Shown here one piece after another: positions 26,895 to 38,991 of a DNA stretch of 64,000 bases. Below the pieces are notes generated by a model that was given only the letters and a program-made list of their open reading frames with translations, did no database searches and was not told the origin of the DNA. Source of the DNA: Eledone cirrhosa (Eukaryota). How positions within the stretch are numbered: position 1 is the first letter of the stretch; each line of letters begins with the position of its first letter. A program made the translations under genes and the position numbers. The stretch spans positions 261,888,001 to 261,952,000 of the forward strand of contig OZ024743.1 in NCBI GenBank assembly GCA_964016885.1, in the 5' to 3' direction.

Positions 26895-27238
26895 TAAATA
26901 TCTGTGTATGTATGTGTGTGTGTATATGTATATACATACATATATTGCATGTTATATGCAATCACCTCAAATTGGCCTTCGTTCATAGAATTGAGATTGT
27001 GTATGGGTTTTTTTCCATTCTTTGGGGCTGAAGAAAAAATAGGTACAAATAGAATCTTTGGTTATTTTTCAACCGGAATGAAGATTATCTTAAAGGAAGT
27101 TCCACGTTGATTGGGTTCCCTTGGCAACCATTCCACCGTACCCTGTCACACAAATATATTTTCATGCTGGCTTATGAAAAAAAAAAAAGAAAAAAAAATA
27201 CTAAAAAATATATCTAAATTGTTGCAGTATACATACAT

Positions 27239-27311
<73 letters not shown>

Positions 27312-27382
27312 GAACATCTAGTCTTATGTTTTAATTCACAAGCATCTCATCAAAATATTCTTTTTATTTTTTTTATATATCC

Positions 27383-27515
<133 letters not shown>

Positions 27516-28061
27516 CTAAATTATTTTTTCAAAACACATTGAGAAAAGAATGTTCTATTGTTATTATATTTTGACAAACAATTGATTGAAAAATTTTCAG
27601 ATCCATAATTAAGGCTTTTTTGTTGTGTCCAAAAATCTGCTAATCAAATTATTTCTTAAACACATCAAAAATATAACTACCTACTCCGAATGTTGGACAA
27701 AAAACATCCTCCCATTCGTGTACATACCAGTACAGGTGAGACATCACCAATGATAGTAAATTTATTTACAGATGGCGATGGTTTTTACCAACTTCAAAAT
27801 AAAATAATTGGAACACATGTCCGTAAATATTCGTACAGCATACTGTGTTCCTCACATGAATGAGAGAATGGCCATGGCTAGAGAAATTCCAATTAAAAAC
27901 ATCATTTATTTAACTATCTCTAAATCACAGGTTGGTCTGCTCAAGCAGAAATAACAGAAGTTACTTTGTAACAACATCCAAAATATTCTCTCCTGCTGCT
28001 GATGCTTATTCACCCTTTTTTTGACAAAGATGTTGGAATTCTTAAACAGCTTATTATTTTA

Positions 28062-28093
<32 letters not shown>

Positions 28094-28769
28094 GTAGTAG
28101 TAGTAGTAGTAATAATAATTATTATTATTTAAATTGCATAACTTGCTGATTTTAAATCAGTCAAGGTTGATAGTTGTTTTGTTGTTTTTTTTCTTGCTAA
28201 ATTAATATTATATATCTTTCAACTTGGCTTGATTTGATCTTCTGATCACTATGTAGCTAAGTAGAAGTAATCATAGTTACAATAACAAAACATTGCCCTA
28301 CACTTAAACATATTTACTGTTTATAAACACAACAAGCGGTCTAAAGAAAAACCAGATCAAACCAGAATGTTTCTTGGTTGTAACAGACACATGAATAAAG
28401 TAGTTTAATTTTTTTCTTTAGACAAAAAAAAAACACAGGTTACACATTCTTAAAAAATATATATATATTTTTTTTTGCATACATCATGATAAACTTGTCG
28501 AAGCAATGCTTGTGACATACTACGTACATATGTACACAACACTGGAATTGGTGGAGAGGGATGTTAAAATCCCAAATATCTCTATATAAATATATATATT
28601 CTGATTTTTGTCCGTTTACCACAATAACGAAACAAAATTGCCTTGCTAAAGGCAAGAAATGGCTTCTTTTATTCTTTTTTTACTTGAAAATAATCAAGGT
28701 TTGAACAGCCAAATATAATATTGTAATGATCCATCAAATGAAAGAAAATTAAATCTTAACCTATACTAT

Positions 28770-28800
<31 letters not shown>

Positions 28801-30209
28801 AACATTCTGTGGAGTTTGTGACAGCTCCATGATGGGTAAATGGTTCCAAGGTTTAACTTCTGACGTTATTTAAATAACCGCCTTTGGAAGTTGCCTCCCT
28901 TCGTTATGGAAGTGCATCCATTTGGGATTACCTCTAAAAACTGTTTTCTTCTTCTAATTTAACAATAATTTACCAATATTTTAAACAAATAATAACGATA
29001 CACATATAATCTTTCCTTTATTTTGGTAGAAATAAATGAAAAATAAAAACAAATTCTAAACAAAAAAGCAGGCATATGTGTTCGATTTAACAAACAAAAG
29101 TTGTTTTTTCAGAGTGTTTTATATATCTTATATATTTCTTTTATATAAAAGTGTTTATCTGAGAAGGCCACTTATATCATAAAAAAAATAACAGAAAATT
29201 ATAATTAAAAAATACCTCCAAAAACATCATCAATGAAAAAAAAAATTCAGAAAACAGATCATTTATTAGATTAATGAAAATATCCTATAAATTTTGCAGT
29301 TGACTGGGAACCTATGTTTCCCTTACCATCATGGCTTTGACTATTTTTTTAACTCTCCTCCGAATGAAAGACTTCTGGTGTGACCCTCTTAACTCCCCCC
29401 ACCCCTTGAACGTTAGTTGGTAAAACACCAGTGAAACCTATACTTTCAATAAAACAAAAAAAAAATCAACAACAAAAATAAATTGCCACCTGGACACATT
29501 TGTTATTCTCCATATTTGGATCAGTTAATTGTCTGTTAATTACCGTTTTACATTTATTATATACATATACATATATATATTACATATATATATATAATAT
29601 ATATATATGTAATATAATATATTATATACTTATATATATATATATATATATAAAATAAATATATTATATATTTATCATATATATACACACACATATGTAT
29701 ATCTTTTTAAAAACAAAACAAAGCATTCATCATTCGGATTTCAACATCAGTTGTTTGTTATTTATATTTATTTATTTATTTATGCTCATTAAATATTTGA
29801 AATGTTCTAATTTTGGTCGTTTTTGCCTTATTTATTAATTGTTTGTGTTTTTTGTTAACTAAATCAGCTCAGATCAGGTATTTACCTGTACTTTGTACAT
29901 GTGGCAGCAGTGGTTAGCTGGCAGTTAGTGTATTCTGTTTTTTTTTTGTTCTGGCTCTGCACTCTGAGTTCAAATCCCGCCAAAATCTTTTCAGTTGTCA
30001 ATAAAGTGCCACTCCATGACAATAGAGTGGCAGGATTATTGGAGCACCAAACATTGTGGTATCTGTTCTGGTTCCTTATATTATGAATTCAAATGCCACT
30101 TCCTGTCACTGGAAAAATGGAGACTTAAGACTGGGGCTTGTTTCATTCAAATATCCTGGAAATTTCCTATGAAGTGCAACCTCGTAGAAGGCCAGCTAAA
30201 CATGCACTA

Positions 30210-30411
30210 GTATGAGCTATAATAACCACCACTGATGATAAACTGGGCCATGTACAAGTGAATCTACAGCATTGTGAACAGAAACCAACTGAACTTAGTG
30301 ATCACAGATGTCTAATATAGAGAATATCAACCAATTGTGATTCCAGTAGAAGATATATACTAGGTAATCACAGAAATCTAATGGGAGAGATTATCAACCA
30401 GTTGTTATTCC
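30210..30411 (+). repeat. Left copy of a ~200-bp direct duplication flanking the LTR retrotransposon (right copy 34584-34788)
   Basis: gtatga.ct.taataaccaccactgatgataaactggg...atcaaccagttgt.attcc present on both sides. Confidence 0.92.
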
Positions 30412-33400
30412 TGTGGTTAGAAAAAGCTATCTCACTTACCGCTTTTCATTGGCGCCGCTAAATCCCATTGCTGGTTTCTCCTCTTCCACGCGCGTCCAAC
30501 TCATTAACACCGGGAGCTGCCAAAACTCGCGTCCACACCGTTCCTGGTCACCACTAGAGAGAGGCCGATCTGCTGGCCCTTCCGGTCGAGCACCCTTCCG
30601 ACCAAGCACCCTTCCGGTCGAGCACTCCCCAGCTTCCGGCCACCGCACGACACACCATACCCCCTCCCTGATCTCAAGAATCAATTTCCCTCTCGTCCTT
30701 CTGCATATGAAAGTCTGCTGTCCAGGTTGGTGGTTTGCGACTTCTTTGTGATCACCGCAGTGTTGGGGCGGCACTTTGGGTTTCCTCTTCCTCGGAGTCC
30801 GTTGACACAGTGATTCTACGGACATCCAGGACATGACGTGGTACTCCGTCCACGGACACATTGTTCTGGGAATTTACGGCCGTCACCGTTCCCCTTCCCC
30901 ATTGAGATGTGCAATGTGCATCTGGGGACTTAACCCAGACTTCTTTGCCCACCTGCACAAATGCACTCTCTCTCCCCACTGGCTGTTGTGGTGGTGTGCA
31001 CGGGTGCCGCCACTTGTATCTGAATACTGCTCTGTGTGGGACCGATTCCTCGACCTGTCCCACCCGAGGGGACATGTTGTACCAGAACACTGCCTCCATT
31101 GGTGAGATATGGCTCCGCTCAGTCATTGCCTTGATCGTCCGGTGGTGTTGCTCCACAATTCCATTCCCGCTCGGCCTGTGCGCTGCTCTGAAGAAACGGT
31201 TCACCTTCCATCCATCAAGCATCTCCCTCAGCGCCTCTGAGCGGAACGTTGCGCTGTTGTCCATCAGAAGTTTGTCCACAGAGTCCCGCTCCAAGAACAC
31301 CTCTCAACGTCCCATGATTTCCTCGGCCATTCCAGTCTTCATTTCCCTCCAAATCGCCATCCATCCTGGTCCACAGTCGACCATCGAGAGGTATGTTCCC
31401 TGTCGGTAGTGCGTTACATACACCGCCAATCGCTTCCAGTCGCGACCCACCGGGAGGCTTCCCGTTTCGTGCACACCCGGGGCGGGATCAATAGACTGAC
31501 ATCGGACGCAGCCTCTAACCACCCTTTGAACACTGTGTCTGTTAACGTCCGAGTCGATTCTCCTGACTAGGAACAGGCTCCTATCCACTCCCATGTGGTG
31601 CATGTCATGCAACCCTTTCAGATCCGACTCGGTCAGCCGACACACGGCAGCTATCTCATCTTCTACCTCCTCCGGTGCTTCCATCCAGGCTTTCTTCACC
31701 CTAGTTAAGACATCCGCCCTATTTTTCTCTGAGGGCACGAAAACTATGCTCAGCCTCAGGTCGAACTCGGTGGCCAGCTCTCCTAAAGTTCCCAGGCGGC
31801 GCTTTATCAGCATCTCCGCCGCCCCTCTCATTCGCACTCTCTTCTCACTGGTGAGCACTGATCTCACCCATCCGAGTACAGTAGCCGAGTCGGTGCGTAT
31901 CTCGATGGTGCCCAGTCCCCACCTCAGGGCGAGGTTCACCCCTCTCAACACTGCATCCAGTTCAGCCACATTGATGTGGTTGCAGTCGTCCTTCTTCCTA
32001 AGCCAGGCTGCATCCTCGACCTCAACACCTCCTATCTCCAATGTGACACCCAGAGCTATGCTGCTGGCATTGCACCGTACGGTTCCACTCTGCGATTTGG
32101 GAACATACCAGCATCCCCACACTGGGTCGTCGGCCTTCACCCTCCCCACGATCTCCTGCATCATGGCCACCGTCCTCTCTGCCACTCCAAGTCACCCCTC
32201 CTGCTCGTCTCTTGACATAGCTGCATGCCGTCCAGAGCCACCCAGCAATCGGGTAGTGACCCACCAAATTTCCACACACCGAGAAAAGCTCCTGCTTACT
32301 CATACTTGGGCCCAGTTCTGGAACTTCATTTCCCCTCTGGAATACCAAGACGCTCGTCCTGTCTCGCCGTGGCCTAAGTCCCAGCGCGGCCCCTCCCTCC
32401 AACGCTTCTGACGGCTTCGCAGTCCATACCCCTGTAAATGGCTTGTGACCTCCGCCACTGACACCACAGACTCGTCCACTAGGATGTCGTCAATGTAGGA
32501 ATTAGTGGCCCACCTCATCTTGTCGGCCTTTCCCAGAATGGTCTTGAGGACCGCCGTCATGATCTTCGGTGCGGAGCTCAGCCCGACACCGAGCCTGGTC
32601 AGGCAATATGTCCGGCCCTTATACCTGACCAGCTGATACTGCCAGAGCTTCTCATCTATATGCAATTGCAAGTATGCCGACTTTAGATCTACGATTGCTG
32701 AACCCCCCCGTCATGTGTCTCCACTCACGCAGGGTTTCCCCACAGACATCCGTGACCTCGCCACCCGTGTGGCATGACACGTGCTCATTCAGTTCCCGAA
32801 AGTCCAGCACCGGCCTCACCTTGTTCTTCGTGGGTTGCGCCACCGCCATTAACGGCAATACTCCGCACTTCACCTCCTCTTTCCAGGGAAGCAGTATGCC
32901 CTCTTCAATCCATCTCTCTACCTCTCGCTCGAACTCGCTCCTAATGTTTCCCTTCAATGTGTGTTGATAGCAGCCCACTTTGGTCTTCAGTGTTGGTGGT
33001 TCTCCCTTCCAGTACCACTCAACAACCCATCGCTGCCCATCGAACACGGCCTTGAAGTCTTTGTCCTGCACAGTGTAAGCGGGGTATTTCTCCTCGTGGG
33101 CCTTCTGGTTCTCCTGTCGCGTACTCACAGCGCATACCGATACAGTGGCGCCAAACGACACACCGACGTTATTCACTGTGATGCCTCCTAGACGGCCAAT
33201 TGCTTCCATGCCTATAACCACGCCGATCCCATTCACCACGCTGTCTACTACGATGGCAGAAAGCCCTATTTTCCTTCCCCGTAATGCTATTTCCATCTCG
33301 CTGCGACCTCGGCATTCAATTTTCCTGCCGTCGACTGCCCTTACGCTGCTGTTCCCTCTCCACCTCTGCGCCACCCCCGCGGTCACCAGTGTCATCGTTC

Positions 33401-33474
33401 AGCCCGTGTCCACGAGGGCTCGCTGTGGCTTTCCCCTCACGAAGACTTCCACCACGGGCAGCGCCTCTACTCGT

Positions 33475-33518
33475 AAGGGGCAACTACCGGCGCAGTAGTT
33501 CCCCTTGGATCGTTTCCC
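33475..33518 (-). promoter_or_regulatory. Putative -1 programmed ribosomal frameshift signal between gag and pol (also ~58430-58473)
   Basis: G GGA AAC in gag frame, 5-nt spacer, then hairpin aagggg-aactac/gtagtt-g-cccctt; protease sequence lies in the -1 frame with no intervening stop. Confidence 0.75.
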
Positions 33519-34317
33519 TGGTCGCAGTTAGTAGCGATGTGGCCTGGTCGCTTACACCGGTAGCATATTATTTCCGGCCTCGACTCTCTACAGTCTCTAG
33601 GAATGTGCGGGCCCTGGCACCGAAAACAGCGACCTCTAAGCGTTCGCGGGCGACCGCGTGCTGTGGTTGCCTCCCTTTCACCATTTCGCTGCCAGCTGTT
33701 TTGAGCCTCTGTAGTTGCTATCGCCGCGACACTCTTCTTGGCATCTTCTGCTATGATCCGGGCTTGTTCCACTAGTGAACACATTTCCATTTCTTTGTAA
33801 CCCGGGACTTGCTGCAGTTTCACCGCTATGTCGTCTGGAAATCCATTTATGAACGCCAACCGCACCGTGCGTTCGCATTCCACCTGATATCCAGCCAACA
33901 TGGCCAATCGCCGTATTTCCGCTGCGAAAATGTCAACGCGTTCACCGTTCCATCTAATTCGTGCCAGCTTAGCAAAAGCAGCTAACGGCCCCTCTGCGAA
34001 CGCTTCCATCATGCGCATCTCTTTGGCTGGGTTCATCCAACTCAAGCAAGAATACCAACGTGTCCCCCTCGAGGTACAGTGCCATGAGGCCAGCCACATC
34101 TATCTTCTGTAAGCTTGCGACCAGCCGGACTTTTCGCAGCCAAGTGACAACATCGCCTTCACCGATAAATGCCCTACTCACTTTGCTCGTTCATAGTGTC
34201 GTCGCCATATCCTAATTTGTCTTGCAGTACGTGATAAAAAAAAACAAGACTCCTCTCTGTTTTTCCAGTAGCTTTTTTTTTTTTTTTTTCTTTTTCAATC
34301 AGATCTCAGTTTCCAGT

Positions 34318-34329
34318 GCCGAAATAGCT
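34318..34329 (-). promoter_or_regulatory. Primer-binding-site position of copy 1: AGCTATTTCGGC, complementary to tRNA-Phe nt 1-12
   Basis: Abuts the 5' LTR end; plus strand reads GCCGAAATAGCT, the recalled 5' end of animal tRNA-Phe(GAA); identical at 59275-59286. Confidence 0.7.
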
Positions 34330-35529
34330 TGTGGTTAGAAAAAGCTATCTCACTTACCGCTTTTCATAGGCGCCGCTAAATCCCATTGCTGGTTTCTCCT
34401 CTTCCACGTGCGTCCAACTCATTAACACCGGGAGCTGCCAAAACTCGCGTCCACACCGTTCCTGGTCACCACTAGAGAGAGGCCGATCTACTGGCCCTTC
34501 CGGTCGAGCACCCTTCCGGCCAAGCACCCTTCCGGTCGAGCACTCCCCAGCTTCCGGCCACCGTACGCCACACCATACCCACAGTATGAACTGTAATAAC
34601 CACCACTGATGATAAACTGGGCCATGTACAAGTGAATCTACAGCATTGTGAACAGAAACCAACTGAACTTAGTGATCATAGATGTCTAATATAGAGAATA
34701 TCAACCAATTGTGATTCCAGTAGAAGATATCATATACTAGGTAATCACAGAAATCTAATGGGGGAGATTATCAACCAGTTGTGATTCCAACAGTGAAAAC
34801 CATACAGAAGAGTCGGCTGGAAAGTTGATAGGCTGACTGTAAAATATTGTTTCTAGAGCTGTAAAATCTTGCATCAATTTCAACTCTTGGTAATAACTGC
34901 ATTGTTTTGTTCCATGGACTGTTAAAAAATAAACCTCATTTGGTCATTCCATGAGAGTATCTGGGTCAGCCTATGAATTTTTCAGCCCACCATCGTATAA
35001 GAACCCAATATGAATTCAAGATCGAACTTGATTGTACTAATTCATATTTTCTGTGTCGCCTCATAAGTAATGCCATCCTTGAACATTGCTGTCATAGTTT
35101 AGCTCAGTCTATATTACCCAATATATACTTAATTCCTCTTTTTTTTTAACATGCTGACACATATGTGTATATGTGCATATGCATACATTTATATGTATGA
35201 GTATATAAATATAAGTGCGCAAACACAGACACACTTACAAAAATACACTCGCAGACATTCACACAAACACATACATACACTGACACACAGCATAGGAAAT
35301 GGAACGCCAGCTGCCGTTTTGCTATAGTTTTTTCACCACCCCCTTCCTTCCTTTTACATACACATATTGCATAATAGATGGACAGATGAACGGAGGTTGC
35401 TCATCATCATCCTCATTGTTTAACGTCTATTGCCAGAAAGTAATTTGAAAAAGATTTGGCTGCTAATACTTATTGTTGTGTCCCAGTTTGAAGTCAATAT
35501 ATTCTCTTCATTTCTTCAGTTATACTGCT

Positions 35530-36205
35530 AATGGAAAACTGAAACACTCGTCCTCTCAAGGAAGCCTGCACAGTGCACTATACATGTAAATGGAGTTCCA
35601 CTGAAGCATGTAGAGAAGTTTAAGTATCTCGGGGCAGTGTTCATGAGTGATGGAAGGCAGGATGCTGAATAAAGTGCAAGAATTGCAAAAGCTGGTGCAG
35701 TAATGTGCCAGCTTCAGTAATTGGGAAGGTGTGCATAAAAAACAAAAACTCGCTATCTTCAATTCGGTATTTGTGCCAACCCTTACCTATGGTCACAAAT
35801 CTTGGATAATGACTGAAAGAATACGATTGCAAATACAAGCAGCCAAAATGGGATTCCTCCGAAGGGACTTTGGAGTAACATTACTCTATAGGGTATGTAG
35901 CTTGGAGATCAGAGAGTACTCCAGGTAGAGCTGCTACTTCTCCGAATTGAGAGATCACAGCTCCAATATTATGGACATGTGGTTATAATGTCTCAGGAAA
36001 GAATTGCTGGACAGATTTTATGGGCAAAACCAACCTGCAGGAGACCCAGAACAAGATGGTTGGATAACATCCATGAGCTTGGCTGGTCTCGCTTGGGGAT
36101 CCAGTCGGATCAATTGGAGATGGTTGCTTCTGAAAGGACCCACTAGAAGGAGTATTTGAGGATTCTGCCTCCATGACCCTCTCAGGAATAAGTGGGCGAA
36201 GAAGA
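35530..36205 (+). mobile_element. Decayed RTE-type LINE 3' fragment (different subfamily)
   Basis: VEKFKYLG, PTLTYGH.SW and IQAAKMGFLRR remnants; gaagaaga tail. Confidence 0.7.
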
Positions 36206-37444
36206 TACTGCTAATTCAATGGCAGGTATTTGGTAGAAGCAGTAGAGCATCAAACTAAATGATGTTTAGTAGTTATTCCAGCTTATGTTTTGGGTCAAAG
36301 GCGCATTATTAAATTGACCATTCATTGTTCCTTGACTAATAAATAAAATACCAGTCAAGGGTGATGGACTGGTAGAATCATTATTACAGTATCTAGTCCA
36401 GCTCTTTATTTGACCTCGATGTACGGTGGACTTAATCTGTCACATGGGTGTCTTAGTCTGAATGCTTGCGACAGTGTGTACTCTGCTAAGTCCCCAGTTT
36501 GAGGATACCTTCTACCTTCTTATCAATCTTGGTGTGGGTGGAGGTACTATTTGCTACATTAATATCTTAATTTTTTAAGGTATGGATCCTATTGATGAAT
36601 ATCATTAACCCTTTAGCATTTAAACCGGCCATATCTGGCCACAATTTTCTCACTTCTTTCTGTTGAAACTGGCCATAACTGGCTGCTCATCCAACATTAA
36701 CCCTTTAATGTTCAAACCGGCCAGAATTCTCTACCTCTTTCTGTTGAAACTGGTTGTAACCGGTCGCCCAAACTGATGTTAAGGTATTGTTCTCAAAATA
36801 AATACTTTCAAAATCTCATAGATTCGATATTATGTGAGATAATTATGCGGGGTAAAGCCTTTACCATGAAAATATAATAGTATACATATAGAGTAATGTA
36901 AATACTAAAGGGTTAAGGTATTGTTCTCAAAATAAATAATATAAAAATCTCATAGATTCAATGTTATGTGAGATAAAGTGTTTACCGTGAAAATACAATA
37001 ATAAATATAAAGTAATGTAAATGTTAAAGCATTAAATTATCAACTAAATGAATTAAAACCAACTTCCAAGAAATCCTTGTAAATATATTAATAATTAAAT
37101 TATGGGCAACATTTTCATATTGTAGTACTTTCTAAAACAATCTATTTTTTATGAATTTGTTCCTGTTGGCAGTCTTCACTTAGAGATTTTATAAAGTTTA
37201 CAACACTCTGTCTATGTCAAAACTTTCCTGATTTTGATATCAATATCAGAGCTGCTCATTCAGTTTCTAGCTACTTGAACCTGATATCTTCAACTGCATT
37301 CAGCTTTGTGCCATTTCTTGATCTCAGCTCAGCATCACAAATCAAACCAAACACAAACTAGTCTTGGCTGTGATTGTGCTTGACATACAGAAGAGGAAGC
37401 GTCAAAGCTGGTCTTATGGAACAAAGTGGGAAAGTGTGGTGGAT

Positions 37445-37622
37445 GTCATGTCACATACATTGACAACATGAAGCAGGATACCAGCCTGGAATCTAGCCAA
37501 GAACTGAAGATAACAATGATGGACAGAGAACTGTTCTGGACATCATGTCACATACATTGACAACTTGAAGCAGGATACTGACCTGGGATCTAGCCAAGAA
37601 CTGAAGATAGCAATGATGGTCA
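37445..37622. repeat. Two tandem copies of a ~95-bp unit
   Basis: tcatgtcacatacattgacaac.tgaagcaggatac...gaactgaagata.caatgatgg repeated. Confidence 0.8.
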
Positions 37623-38220
37623 GCAACGTGGAAAATCGACTTTATTGCCATGAACCATGCAAAAACTTGGCTTAACTAACTTTATGAATTTGATCTGGCA
37701 ACTCTGTAAAACCTGTAACACTATTATTCACAAAATCTAATATAAAATAAATAAATAAGCAAAAGAGTATCAATTCTGTTTTGTCTTGCAGCTGCTCCCA
37801 AAATTCTTCAGAATGATAATTAATAAAGAAAAGAAAATATGACAAAAGATTTTTATTCTTTTACAGGGGCAACAAAATGAAGTCCCAGTCCAGAGCACTA
37901 GTTCAATAGAATTGTTAGGGTGCCTCATGAAATACTTTGTGGTATTTGTTTCCTATTCATTGTATTCTAGGTTCAAATCTCACTATGAGATACTTGAGAG
38001 GTAGACTTAATCAGTCACTTGGTTTAAATACCACAACCTGGCCCATGGGTGTCTTTAGCATAGGTGACTCTGTTGCAAGTATTTGGACCAAGTATCCAAT
38101 TTGATAACACCTCCCTCTCTCATTCTCATCAGTCTCAGAAACCTTGAAAAATATGATGACCACTGTCTTTCACTCCCAGATTAATAAGTGAACAACAAAA
38201 ACTCAAAAAATTAAAGAAAT

Positions 38221-38593
38221 TTATTTTGTGTGCATTTTCTGTTTTTTATGATGTTTTACTTCATATTTTGATTTCTGGGAAGATTGTCTTTTCCTGTGAG
38301 ATTGTGATGTGTCTATAGCATCACTCCTGATTCTGATATGTTCAGGAGATTGAGAATCAGACTTATTTGAATATTTTGGTAAATGCTTATGTGTCCGTGA
38401 TGATGTGGGTGATGACTGATGTCTACTACGATGGTGGCTTGTATTTGATGAGTGTTGATAGTGACTGTCTGGCAGGATGTTGCTTTTAATGATGGCTTCC
38501 CTTTGTCTTTGGCGCCGCTTTGAATCACTGACGATGCTTAGTAGAGTGTTATTGAGGAAGGTCTTATTTGCATGTGGAATTGGACATTTACGC
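38221..38593 (-). CDS. POLR1D: POLR1D isoform-2-like protein, terminal coding exon (RKCPIPHANKTFLNNTLLSI... basic/Ser-rich tail)
   Basis: tttcag| acceptor; KCP....NK.FL.NT motif resembles the non-polymerase POLR1D isoform 2; phase 2 completes the Trp codon; TAA stop. Confidence 0.82.
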
Positions 38594-38991
38594 CTGAAAG
38601 TAAACCAAAACAAAACAACCAAGTTAAATATGTGATCAAAGTAAAATATTTGATGCTGTAAACTAATGTACAATATCTTTATAGCTAATATATATATCAT
38701 CATATATGTATGTAATATATACATACACACACACACACACACATATATATATAGTAAAAAATACTATATTTTTTGTCGCATCACCAGTCTGGAGTCGGGT
38801 CCATAACTCCTATGGGTGACCCTGAGCCAATCCTTTGCGAAATGTGCATAACAGGTCAATACACAATAAAAATCTAAATACATGTAAACAAAACTTGTTT
38901 TTTTTAATAAATACACTCCGCCTGTGTATAGAGTGCTTGTTTTGGTAATACCACCAGTAACTCACTGAATCACCTACACTATATATATATA

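Larger units (their letters stand above)
30412..34583 (-). mobile_element. LTR retrotransposon copy 1, Ty3/Gypsy domain order (gag-PR-RT-RH-IN), ~250-bp LTRs (30412-30660, 34330-34583), decayed
   Basis: TG...CA LTRs; gag with two CCHC knuckles; ALVDTG protease; RPVLDFRELN and YIDD RT; HINVAELDAV and RTDS RNase H; HH-CC plus MDNS/GNGIVE integrase; several frameshifts. Confidence 0.95.

Noticed and set aside
34298-34312. ACTGAGATCT near the PBS resembling the tRNA-Phe anticodon arm
   Set aside because: Only the palindromic AGATCT is shared by both copies; too short to be meaningful.
38594-38742. N-terminal extension of ORF 38221-38742
   Set aside because: Intronic read-through upstream of the tttcag acceptor; homology begins at 38593.
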